From: Dimorphilus gyrociliatus
Taxonomy: Eukaryota; Animalia; Annelida
Length of the DNA: 64,000 bases
Assembly: GCA_904063045.1 (NCBI GenBank)
Contig: CAJFCJ010000007.1
Span: forward strand, 2,735,404-2,799,403
Direction of reading: 5' to 3'
The stretch's first letter is position 1. Each line of letters starts with the position of its first letter. Positions 24,015-36,395 of this stretch are shown one piece after another. The position numbers were made by a program, and so were the translations under genes. Under the pieces are notes generated by a model that saw only the letters and a program-made list of their open reading frames with translations, had not been told where the DNA came from and ran no database searches.

Positions 24015-24472
24015 GCGCGAAAAAGCAATGTCAAGGCCTAGCGCTCACCAATAGTCAAGAGCCTGAATATTTATGAGCCTCTCTCAAACCGGCACTTCAA
24101 ACCTAACTTAGCTATTAGTTCTGTTTACGGGTTTTTTGTTGGGAAAAAATATCAAACTTAAAACAACCAAGTCTTTTTATAAATATATTATATTTGTATT
24201 CTAGAATACTTTTGTTTTTTATTTTTTTTTTTTTTTTACTTTAATTCGATCAAATTTATAAAGAAATAAAATAATAAATGAAAATTTTATATGAAACTAA
24301 AAATAATCAAGAATATTTTTTATTGAGTTGAATGGACTAAAGAGAAACTACTACAATTGATATTTATACATTATTATTTGATCGATAATGCAAGTTTTAT
24401 TTTAAACGAAAGAGGAAAATCATTCCGAGTAAAAAGTACAAAGTCCCGCGTATTTGAAACTGCGCATGTGCA
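24015..24472. promoter_or_regulatory. Bidirectional MCM2/zinc-finger promoter with E2F, CDE/CHR-like and NRF1-like motifs
   Basis: GCGCGAAA (24015-24022; TTTCGCGC on the minus strand), TCCCGCGTATTTGAA (24444-24458) and TGCGCATGTGCA (24461-24472). Confidence 0.55.
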
Positions 24473-24678
24473 GATTTATGGGTATATTCGGTTGCCAATT
24501 CGGTTTTTCCGTTAAATAAAGCATTTGCCGCTTATTCGAAAACTTAATTTTTTTGTCGGAAGGGATATGGATGCTATTGGTCAAAAGGTAAAAATCGCTT
24601 AACATTCAATATCATAATTCGAAATTATATCTTTAAATTTAGAGTCAGGAACTGCTCGAACTAATAAACGACCTACCC

Positions 24679-27600
24679 ATGTCAGAAGCAAAACGTTTCA
24701 ATTGTTTAAAGAGTGCTGTATTACGATCACCGTGTATGGACAAAGGGTAAATATTGAAATAGATCATCTCTTGATTAATTAATAATTCATAGAAAATTTA
24801 AAAAAATACTTTCAAAAAGAAAATAGAATATTCGATAAAATTATAAAACCAAACTGATTCTATTTCTATTTATATATAACATTTTAAAATAATAGAATTT
24901 TAACTTATAAAGTTACTCACATGTTGTTAGTTTGATAATTATGCCTCTCTGATAAAGTATTCATAATTTACTTTAGTTGTTCCTTTATGATTATTTTGTA
25001 TATTTTTTTAAAAATATCATCTATTAAATTTCCAACATTGTTAATAGCTACGACGAGAGTGGTAAGAGGAAAACTTTAGAGAATGCTATAGAAAAACCTG
25101 ACTCAACAAAAAAACTAAAAAAAGAAATAACTATAGTATTAGTTGATAAGAAATCGAGAAAAATATCAAAAGAACCGAAATATGCAAATAAAGTTATTGA
25201 AGGAAAAGAGCGAAAATGTACAGTTGGTAGACCAAGTATGTATAAAGAATTGGACGTTGGAACATTTTGGAAAAAGCATTATAATTATGAAGAAGAAATA
25301 GTCGAGAGTCTGTTAATGTACAACAAATCTTTAGAAGTATTTCACGAGTTTGGTCATTTTCCGTGTATGATTTGCAACGAAGTTTTAAGCGGAAAGACAG
25401 ATCTCTTTGAACATACAATAAAAAATCACTATGATAAAAAGCTGCAATTAGTTGAATGTAATCAATGCAGTGCAAAATTAAAGTGTTCAAAAAAAGACTC
25501 AAACCTTTCTAGGACTTTTGCATTGGAATGTTTTCTATCAAAGGTGTATATGCATTTTGCTACTGTTCACCTTTCTCAAGTTCCTAATTCTGTTAGTGTA
25601 CTTACTTGCGGTCTCTGTTCTTACCGAACACTGATAAGAGATATGTGGTACGATCATCTCAGAACTAAACACTCCATAAAGCCGAAAATCATTAATATAA
25701 GAAGGTGTTCAGAGAGAACTATAATTCTCTTGCATCATTTACAGCAGATTCTGCTCGAGCCAGTAAAAATAAGCGACTGTTCATGGGAAGACTTTCTACG
25801 AGTAAGTGATGAAAAAAATGAACTAAGGAACGTTATGTCAATATGCACACTATGTAGGTCAAATTGGAAGGATAGTGAAGAAAACTATCCAGAACATTTA
25901 CTAAGCCATGTTCTAAAAGAACATTCGATGAAAATTCGATTAAATAATTGCGAAGAAGAACAGACAATTTTAAGTTGTCCGTGCTGCGATACTTCCTTTT
26001 TGTTAAGTGAATCCAACACTAACGAAGTATGGCGATATCTTATAGAACATACAGTAACAAATCATGGACAAAATGTACCAGCTTGTTTCAATGTATTTTT
26101 TTGTTTGGATTGTAGTTTTTTTACATTATTCATCACCAAATTTATAGAACACTTTGACTCATCGCACGAAGGAAAGAATAATAAAGCAACGATTCATGTT
26201 TGTCCAACTGATATCTACATAGTATATTTACTTATTGTTGATGCTGATTTACCTAAATTTCAACATAATGTTGCAATAGAACAACCCCAGAAGAATCAAG
26301 TTCAAATAGAGTACGAGGACTTGTATAAGGAGGACTTTAAAGCGGATGTTATTCTTGTGGAATCTTTTATTAACAACCTAGATATATATCAATGTATATT
26401 CTGTACTACTAATTGCGCATCGTTAGATGATTTGTTTGATCATTTTAATCAATTTCATATTCTTGAAAATTTCCAAGTGCAATGTCCCTGTGATTCACAG
26501 TGTATGTGCGTTGGAAACGCCACCACGAATAGTAGTGAAATGTTGGAGAACGTTATAGAACACTGTCTAAGAGAACATACAAACTTTGAGGCTCCTTGTT
26601 ATGTTAAATTATTTGGATGCGAGGAGTGCGATTTCAAGACAATTTATGAAAAATTTCTATACATGCACCTAAAAGATCAACACAATTTGGTGTCTGATGA
26701 TGATGATAAAGATATGAAGGTTCATGATATGTCAGATGATTATAATCAACCGAGGAAAAATAGTACAAGAAAGAGTAGAAAAGTTATGAATACGAATTCA
26801 TCAAAAATTCAAACATTTCAAGTTCGGAATAAGTACGAATGCTATATATGTGAAATGTATATTGCGGCAAACAAATCCCAATCAAATTCATCTGTCCACG
26901 TTGCTGATACTTCTAATTCACTTTTACAACACTGGTGGAACAATCATTGTACAAAAAGGAAAGAAAATGTTGTAATGAATTGTTGTAGATGTGATAAAGA
27001 ATTCAGTGCCAAAGCTTGTTACGTGAGTAAGATTTGGTTGTTACTTTCTATTTTCTTTAATTCGCTTTATCTCCAGAAATCGCCAACGGCAAAAGCTAAA
27101 ACCGTGGGATTGAAACTAATTCAGCATTATGTAAGTAAGGTGTCACACATGAATTGTAAAGTGCAAACAAAAAATATCTACAGGTTAGAGAGCATAAAAC
27201 TAATCCACCCAAATATCTAACAATTTATCGTTGTGAAATATGCGAAGAAGATCACATTTTACGAACATCTTTTTACGATCATTATCGAAATAAACATAGT
27301 AAAATACCAGACGATCTCATTTTAAAGTCTGATCCTGTAACTGGACAGGTAATTAGGATAGTTATCATTACGTTAATTTACGTTTTAATGCTTTCCAAAT
27401 AGGATATTATTACTTTATACGTTGCTGACTCATCCAGCGTTGGAGCGAAGAATTCTCGTCCATTAACCTTTGATCAGTTTGAGGTAATTTGTAAAAACAA
27501 ATGCATTAAAAAATTTGGGAACATACATTTACATTTACACAGATTAAAGTAGGTGAAGAGGAAAGAATCTGCGAAAAATACAGGCCCCTCCGATCGATCA

Positions 27601-28944
27601 AGGAGCTTTTCCTATCAATTGAACTATACAAATGCTTTCTGTGTGAAAATGAACTAGATTGCTTACAATCTCTCATATCGCACTTGAAACAGAAACATGT
27701 TACCGAAGGACCTAGCAGATCAAAAGGATCAGATATTGGATTAAAAGTAATACATACATTTTTTCTATTCATAAGTCAATGGTATATTTGTCTATATATA
27801 TACTATATATATGAGCGTATTTTACTTTCAGTGCCTATTTTGTAAGAAATTTGTAACTTTTGACAAGAATATGCAATCTACCCGAGGTGTTCAAGTAATA
27901 AGTCTACAATTACTTCATCATATGATATTTTCCCATTCATCAGGAGTTCCAGAATATGTAAAATTCTTTCAGTGTAATCAATGCGATTATTATAGTGTCT
28001 CACCTGAAGTTGTCAGACACCATGAATATAGTCATTCACTAAGTAAAGTACAAGTTGTATGCGAATTTTGCAATTCTCTAGTTAAAAAGAGTTCTATAGT
28101 GCTTCATCGTTGCCATTGCGAACGGAAGATGAAAAAGAAAAGTCTGGTTTTAACAGAGGAGACTTGTTCACAGTGTAAATCAAAATTTAATTCGCAAGAA
28201 GCGCTTAGTATGCACTGGAGGAGGAGGCATGGCAATTCATCGTTAAAACATAAATGTGAAGTCTGTGATAAAAGTTATTATTCAAAGAAGCAACTTGAGT
28301 TGCATATGTTTAACCAACACGCGCTAAATCCTAACAACCAAACACTACATGAATGTAAAGAATGCAATTATAAATCGATAAGCTTGATGGCCATGAAGAA
28401 GCATATTTGGAAGCATGACATAGGCAATTACGTCTGCAGCATTTGCAGCAAAACTTGTCAGACTTTAGGTGCTCTAATTTCTCATGAGACTTTGCGTCAT
28501 AATATCGAGCACAGTTGCTGCAAATGTGATTTAAAGAGTACAAGTGCCCTAGTAATCGCTCAGCATTATATGACCAAACATCAAATTAAACTTCAATGCG
28601 AAGAATGCTCAACAGAATTACCAACAAGTCACTATTTCAAGTGCCACATGAATGTCCAACATGATAAGAACGAGATTTTGACACCTCCCTCTACCCCTCC
28701 TCCCACAGGTGGAATAGGCTTTGAATTCGTTGTCGATGAAACAAATGGTGCAGAAATTGAAGATTTTGAAGAAGCTAAACAAATTTATATACAAAGCGCT
28801 GAACCTAATCAAGAGTATGTTGTCCAACAAGCAGCGAGTTCTTATCACGTTCGTGTCGATGAGCACGGAACGCAATTTATATCTAAAATGAATGAAGAAA
28901 AAACACAGGAATCACAGGAAGATCAATTAGTTTTTATGGAATGA
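24679..28944 (+). CDS. Multi-C2H2 zinc-finger protein (~22 fingers), 1219 aa, 7 exons
   Basis: Exons 24679-24746, 25048-27022, 27077-27130, 27184-27348, 27403-27483, 27543-27746, 27832-28944 (3660 nt). Repeated CxxC..HxxxxH units and an acidic C-terminus. Confidence 0.85.
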
Positions 28945-29232
28945 AAAGAAAACTTTACTAATTAGTTGGTTTATTTTTGTTAATATTATAAGTATTTGTC
29001 AAAGGGAAAAAAAAAAGACTGCCTCAAGGTGTTTGTTACTTTAATAGCAAACAAACAATACTTAGAACCTTAGAGTTCAAAAAAAGATAAATATATAGAA
29101 ACCTGTATTATGAAGAAGATTGAATAAAATTTGTTATTAAGAGAATTAGTGTAATTTTTAAAAGTACTAATAAATAATTTAAAAATATGACTAAAAATTA
29201 ATAAACAATGAATTAATTTTCCATGAAAGTGC

Positions 29233-29649
29233 ATGTTAGAATTATCGCCTCTAACCTTCATTGTAACGGTTTTTCACGCTTTGACAACAGGGATTTTAAT
29301 ATATTTATTAATTTGCCGACGGGTGCATAGAAAAAACCTTAGAAAAATTGATAGAACGAGAACAAAACGAAGACAAACTTATTTAATACCACCGTCGCCT
29401 CTAGATGAAGATGCATCTCTATTTGAAATAGAGAATTGGCGACATAGAGAAAAAAAACGTCTTCATGCTATTCGACATTTAACTTTGTCGGCTAATGTTT
29501 CTTCACAAGTTCCACCCGAGGGTAAATGCAAAAAGGTTCAAGTTAAATTTGATAAAAACGGTTTAGAGCTAGAATCGGTAGAATCTTATTCCGAATCTGC
29601 ATCGACATTAAGAGCATCTAATAATGAATCATCTACAATATATGACTAG
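29233..29649 (+). CDS. Orphan single-pass membrane protein, 138 aa
   Basis: ATG-initiated ORF with a hydrophobic segment at about residues 7-27, then CRRVHRK (positive-inside rule) and a polar tail. I do not recognise a family. Confidence 0.6.
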   Translation: MLELSPLTFIVTVFHALTTGILIYLLICRRVHRKNLRKIDRTRTKRRQTYLIPPSPLDEDASLFEIENWRHREKKRLHAIRHLTLSANVSSQVPPEGKCKKVQVKFDKNGLELESVESYSESASTLRASNNESSTIYD

Positions 29650-30573
29650 AGGGCTTTTTGACAAGCAATTCTTTTTTGATAAATTCTATAATAAAGGATA
29701 TTTTAATTTAAGAGGAAGAGGAAAGCGTATGATATCTAATATCTCTGTTCATTAAAAGGGATTTTAGCTCAAGGGATAAATCTATTAGATTCTAGGGAAG
29801 TCTGGCATTAATAAACATAAACATATAAACCTCACTATTTCGCTCTCGCTCCCTTTCCCCCTCTTACTGTCCCTTCTTTCTCTTTATCTCCGTTTTTTTT
29901 TGTTTTCGCTTCTTTGGTTTCTTTGGTCTCTAAATACAAAAAAAAGCACTAAAGAAAGATAATTAGTAACTAATTATATTCTAATTCCATAATGGAACCA
30001 ATCATATAGAATATCTATATTAAGTAGTGTCTTATTCTCCAAACATGCCCTTTCGAAAATATAAAAATTGATGAATAATTGGATATGTTTTTCACTAATA
30101 TTGTCTATCTTTCAATATCTAATTATTTAGACACGCCTTTTGCTTGACTAAAATTTGTTATTTTTGTTTTTTAAAAAAAAAGAAAAAAAGAATTATTCTA
30201 TTCCATAGATGTTCTTTAGATTGATACCAATAAACAAAAAAAGTCCTCATTGAAGAAATGAGTATTCTTAGTGTAGTTTTAAATCAACAACCTCATCAAT
30301 CGATGTAAAATTGTAATTACATATTTAATGAGTTTTTCTATTTATAAGAAACCGATATTTCATTTGAAAAGGGACATCGTCATTGGGGAATAATACTTAA
30401 TAATTGATTTAATTAGTATAAAAAAAGGGTTTGCCCTCGAGGAATGATGAATGCCTCATAATATATTCTTTAATCTGTAATGTAGGTGACCAAAAAAAAA
30501 AAACTTCATCAATTCACTAACAATTCTACTTTCGGAATAACCGCCAGTTATTTTCTCTTTCGTGTTTTGTACT

Positions 30574-30660
30574 ACTTCCGGTTCACTAAGCCAATTGTAA
30601 AGAAGGTAACAACGTGCACGTGATTCTTCTGAGCATTTTGGTTATTGGCTATCTGATTAT
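30574..30660 (+). promoter_or_regulatory. GLRX3 promoter motifs
   Basis: ACTTCCGG (ETS), CCAAT, CACGTG and inverted ATTGG clustered 90-180 nt upstream of the ATG at 30752. Confidence 0.45.
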
Positions 30661-30751
30661 TTCAGTTACCTTATAATTGGATCCATACATCTGATTTTTC
30701 TCCTCTATCAAAGAATTTCTATTGGTTACTTTATTTAAAACCTATTCGACC

Positions 30752-32314
30752 ATGCCGACAACTCCGAAAGCTGTATTAACGCTCTCTGACTTTACGCAAT
30801 TGATAGAGTCTACAGAGTTAGTTCAATATACTTGTAAAGAGTGTTTTACCAAAGCATGAGACTTAATATTCCCATTTGATCCTTTACAGTAAAATCGTAC
30901 TAGTTAGCTTTTGGGCAAAATGGGCTGATGCTCAATGTGAGCAAATGAATGGTGCTATAGCCGAATTGCGTAAGGATTCTGTAGTTGACTCAGCTGTAAC
31001 CTTCGCGACGGTGACTATTGAAATATTACCGGCTATATAATAAACAAGAATATTATTAATAGGTAGAAGCAGAATCACTGCCAGATGCAGCTTTGAGAGC
31101 AAAAGTAACATCGGTGCCAACAATAGTCATTTACAAAGTAATATATATATATAATTATATACATACGTGTATATGTATATACCATATAACAGTCTATATT
31201 TATACTTCTATTCATGTTCTAAATTATAAATCTCGCAGAAAGGAACTATTGTGGATAGAATAGAAGGCGCAAATGTACCGGAGTTGACAAAGAAGCTTCG
31301 AGCTCATGTCGATACCAATGTTGCTGTAAGTCACCGAGCATCTGAATTCTTAAGAGAAATTTAAACAAAAAAATCATTTCTTACCAATTAAGGCAACTCA
31401 ACAACTTCCAATTGAGGAGAAATTGAAACAATTAATTAATAAAGAACCTGTTATGCTCTTTATGAAAGGTTCACCGAATCAACCGAGGTAGACTTACAAT
31501 AGATGCTCATGAGACTATTTAAATACTGGTATCCAATTAATTGCAGATGTGGTTTTTCAAGAACTATTGTTGATATATTAAAAAGTTATAAAGTTAAATT
31601 TGGTCATTTTGACATTCTCCAGGACGATGAAGTTAGACAAAGTAAATAGTCAAAGTATAAAACATCTTTTCCCCTTCTGATATCTACAGTATACTTTACA
31701 GAATTGAAGGAATTCTCGAATTGGCCAACTTATCCTCAACTATACGCTTCTGGAGAGCTTTTGGGTTTGTTATCCTCTATTTTTCCTCATCTAATTGGTT
31801 GGCTAAGAGTCTTTCTTTTTCCATACAGGTGGCCTGGACATTGTTAAGGAAATGGTTGAAAGCGGTGAGCTGTTGGATAACCTTCCTATTGAAAAAGATA
31901 ACTTGACAGAAAGATTAAAAGCATTGATAAATCGCTCTAAGGTTATGCTATTCATGAAAGGTTCTCCGGATCAGCCTAGATGCGGTACATAACAATAAAA
32001 TTTGTGATTTCGTCTATAATTATTCATTATCCGCAGGATTTAGTCGTACAATATGTTCCATTTTAAAAGATAGAAATGTTACTTTTGATCATTTCGATAT
32101 ACTGACTGATGAAGATGTTAGACAAGGTAAATTAAAAGGAAAAAATCATGAGAGTTCATCGAATTATGATACTTTTTCTGCTACAGGCTTGAAAGAATTT
32201 TCCAATTGGCCAACATATCCACAATTATACGCCAATGGAGAATTAGTTGGGGGTCTAGATATTATTAAGGAAATGATTGAAAATGATGAATTTGACGAAG
32301 CCATTTCCTCTTGA
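30752..32314 (+). CDS. GLRX3: Glutaredoxin-3 (PICOT), 324 aa, 10 exons
   Basis: Exons 30752-30816, 30890-31010, 31063-31137, 31239-31325, 31393-31487, 31547-31641, 31702-31764, 31829-31984, 32037-32126, 32187-32314 (975 nt). Trx-like domain plus two monothiol Grx domains ([24 protein letters not shown]). Largely missed by the ORF track. Confidence 0.96.
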
Positions 32315-32784
32315 AAAGGTTATTTTTTTTACCTGTCAAACCTATTTTTTAGCAATACATAGCTAAAAAAGATGCTAAATTGAAATGTTATATCCAATAC
32401 CCTCATTCTAAAGCAATAGAAAAGGTATATAATCGTAAAAGCTAAACGTTAAATAGATATATAATAGTTTTCAAGATGTAACAAAAAAGAAAAGTAACAA
32501 ACCTAGTGATAACCTCTAAAGTATCAAATTTTTTTGAAGTTTCATAGAATTGAATTACGTAAGTTGATAAATTGATGCAAATTACTCACTTTCTTATTAT
32601 TTATTTATAAAAATACGCTGTAAAGTATAAAATATTTAAAACCCAGTGGAAGTTAATAATTTATATTTTAACGTAAAAGGTTGTAAGCTATAAAGGGCAA
32701 GAAAAATTGACTATACCGTTCAGCCACTTTATATTTATTTCTTCATATTTTCTTATGCAAAAAGAAATGCAATTAAATGAGCTG

Positions 32785-34916
32785 TTACTTTTTATCATTA
32801 TTTTGAAATGACTTAAAAGTTTTCGCTCCTAATTTAACTTTAGCAGTCAAGTCTTGTCGTTCTTTAAGCATTTTCGTAACTTCATCGTTTAGCCTCTTCC
32901 TCTCAATAAAGTCAGGGAAAACTGTCTTTTTACGACTTTGTTCATCCCTCTTTACCGGTTTAACTCCCCCAGTGAGAATTCTGCGGGCTTCATCTCCCAG
33001 CCTACTATCATAGACATCTCTAATACTTTTTCCTGATATAATTAAGTAAAAAAAAATTACAATGGACGGACCTCAAATTAATTCTATAATCCATACCTGG
33101 AAAGAGCCTTGGCATTAAACCTAATATCTCTTCATTCTCAGGATCCAAATGAAGTGCCATAGTTAAATCCAATTTAGCCTCGTCCTTCTTTTCTAGTAAA
33201 TTCCTACATCTCGCTCGACAAATATAAAACTGTCCTTCTTTTGGATAATATTTTATCGCTGTACTGAACCTTATTTCGGCTTGACTATAATTTTTTTCTT
33301 CGAATTCAATCAGTCCAAATTCTTTTTCAACTTGGCCTATACGCTTCCGAGTTTCTTCATTATTCGAATCTAATTCTAAGGCTTGGTGATAATCCTGGAG
33401 GGCGAAGGTAAATTCAGATTGCTTGAAAAAGCAATCTCCCCTATTAATATATAGAGATTTTTCAGTCTTTTCACCCTTAATGGCTTTATTCAATAGTATG
33501 ATGGCTTCCTCATAGAATTTTTTTGTAAGGCACTCAACGGCAAAGTCATTATAAGTTAGTAGTAGCTGCCTTTGAGCTTTTTTGTAAACTGCTGACTGTT
33601 CATTATGTCCACTCTTGTCCAGAGCCAAGAGAAAATCATCAATTGCTGCATTAAAATCACCTAGTCTTCTATGTAAAGTTCCCCTTAATAGATGATATTC
33701 ACTCCGGCTTGGATTTGTTTCTATTGCTAGGGAAATTTTTTGAAGAGCATCTCTTAATCTGTTTCTGATATTCAAATGAATGGCTTCCATGTGTAACTGC
33801 TCTGATTTTTTATTCATATCATCCATCATTTTTTGTGCTTCACCGTGATTCTCATTTAAAGATAAAGCATCTTTGAGGTCGTAATAAGCTAATGTAACGT
33901 TCCGGAAACGGTTATGCAACCTATAAAGGCATAAGATATATACTGTGTTGATTATGATTGATAGTATAATTTCATAATGAAGTAAGCATTATTTAAGAAT
34001 GATTAATTAGCAAATCTGACAATGATATATATTAATAAGTAAATGGGGGATCAAACCTTGCTCTCATAACGAACAAATCCGGATTTTCTCTATCTTGTTC
34101 TAAATGCTTATTTAATAAGGCTAAACACTCGCCATGTCTTCCTAAGGCTGACAAACAAGCTATAGTCCTCATGTGATAGACCTGAACATTTGGCTTGATT
34201 TCCGCCGCCCTTGAGAAGCAATCTAGAGCTTCGACGAACATTCTCTGATCGAATAAACATTGTCCATAGAAATAATATATGAAGGCAAGACGATCCGAAT
34301 AATTTTTTTGTTCTCGATTTAAAAGATAACACTTTTTCAAGTTTAACAATGCCGATTGGAAGTCGCACAACTGGAAATAACATTCTGATCTTCTACTATA
34401 AGCTTCTTCGAAATTAGGCTCAACAGCTAAACACTGAAATAGAATATTTCAAATCAAAATAATCATTTTATATTGGTTTTTTTTTTCAATTAGAAAAAAT
34501 TGCCATTAATAATAACCATTTACTAACAGGCCTACATTTTTCATCATTCGGATATACAAAAGGATTACAAAAAAACTAGTAATTCTATACTGTCAGACTT
34601 AAAGTTTAAGAAATCCGACCTTATTATAAAACAAAATAGCATCATCATATTTCCCTTCTTCTTCATATTCTAAAGCTTTTTTCCAAACTGCTTGTAATTT
34701 TTCTTTTAACACAGTTGAAAGTGATGTTAAACCAACATTTTTTTCTTCTTCCCATTGTTCTGGAGCAAATATATTAGGTTGTTTTTCTTTAGCTTTTTTA
34801 ATTACACTCTCGTCGACTGCAGTTTGAAATATTGGTTTCTTCTTTTCTGGTGGTCGTTTTTGTTGAATATCAGGATAGAATTGGTGTGTATTAACATGTT
34901 TAGGTTGCAGTATCAT
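32785..34916 (-). CDS. TTC16: Tetratricopeptide repeat protein 16-like, 576 aa
   Basis: Exons 34916-34620, 34433-34057, 33920-33097, 33017-32785 (1731 nt). Tandem TPRs including AQRQLLLTYNDFAVEC and LYINRGDCFFK, recalled from TTC16. The last acceptor is ambiguous (TAGAG). Confidence 0.8.
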
Positions 34917-34917
34917 T

Positions 34918-34931
34918 GTTGCTATGACTAT
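34918..34931. promoter_or_regulatory. RFX X-box-like site at TTC16
   Basis: GTTGCTATGACTAT, with a perfect GTTGCTATG half, 2 nt upstream of the predicted ATG. Confidence 0.55.
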
Positions 34932-35282
34932 TCAATGGACACCGTTCATAATTTTTAAACTGATTCGTATTCGAAAACTCTTCCCGCCCTCAAGTAGAAT
35001 AATTTTGTTATTTTGTCAGCTGCCATTTTCTATCAAAGCCTCTTTTCGGTCAAGGTCACAGAGTGCTCTTGATATATCTTTTTAAAATACGCGTGGAGCG
35101 ATAATAGAGTTTGGAGTACAAATCATTAGGTATTAGCACAAGTTTAAATCCTATGCCATTGTATAATATCATTTACTAGAAATAAATGCTTTTCAGTAGT
35201 ATTTTTTATGTTAAATTGGTTAAGTTTATTTCATTTTTATTCAGGATTTCTCTATCTGAGTACAATATAAGGTCGTTTCACG

Positions 35283-36279
35283 ATGGGATCCTCCGCCTCA
35301 ACTGATAAATCAGCTAGTCCCTCCCCGCCTACCCAGAAAATATATCCCTCAGAATGTCCCATGCATAACCAACAGAACAATAGTCAAGAATCGACGCAAT
35401 ACATGAGTGAATGTCCAATGAGACAGGCTGAAGCAAGAAATAGCAGCAACAACAATGATATAGATCCAAAAAACATGGTATTATTATTTTGTACAGAGCA
35501 ATAAACAAGAACAAATATTTATTCGGAAATCGTAATTATCTTCATAGACTTCAATTGATTTTCTGTGCTATAGATGCCTCCTCCTAATCAACAACCGTCT
35601 CCTGGTCAACCGTTCCCACTACCAACGGATCGTCAAGTATCAGGAATACCAAGGGCCGACAAGGAAGGCGAAAACTGGGTTTATCCGTCGCAACAAATGT
35701 TTTGGAATGCGATGCTACGCAAAGGTTAGGCCCATTCTTAAAAATTGCCTACATTCACCGAGAGGGAAAGAATATTATTTTTAAAATTTCAGGATGGACT
35801 TGGAAAGACGAAGATCTTAAGGCAAAGGATATGGATGATATCATAAAGATACATAACGTTAATAATGAGCAGGCTTGGATGGAAGTCCTTAAGTGGGAGG
35901 CTCTTCATGCTCACGAGTGCAAGAAACCTAAATTAAAATCTTTCGGGGGTAAAGCGAAAGATTTTTCGCCCAGAGCCAGAATTCGCTCATGGTTAGGTTA
36001 TGAATTACCTTTCGATAGACATGACTGGATAATAGATCGTAATGGAAGAGACGTAAGATATGTTATAGACTATTATGATGGCGGCAAGGTTGTTTTAGTT
36101 TTTCTTTTTATTATTGTAACCTATTTGGCATTTATCTATGTTAGGTTAGTGAGGATTATACGTTTACTATACTCGACGTCAGACCTGCTTTGGATTCATT
36201 AGATGCCGTATGGGATAGAATGAGAGTTTGTTGGTGGCGATGGAAAAGTAAAATTTCAACGTCAGATGTAAAAGAATAA
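35283..36279 (+). CDS. HCCS: Holocytochrome c synthase, 258 aa
   Basis: Exons 35283-35477, 35574-35724, 35793-36088, 36145-36279 (777 nt). N-terminal MGSS, two SECPM haem-regulatory motifs, [34 protein letters not shown] and LDVRPALDS. Confidence 0.97.
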
Positions 36280-36395
36280 ATAACATTAGCCAAGGATATT
36301 TTGTTATTTCTTTAAAATATAAGCAAATTATGCGAATATATACAGAATAACATGAATAGTTGTATTTAAAGGTGAAGTAGACACAAAAAAAATTT

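Noticed and set aside
34520-34535. Possible microexon inside the 186-nt first TTC16 intron
   Set aside because: The 4-nt candidate (TAG|GCCT|GTTAG) would shift the frame, while direct splicing gives a clean TPR.
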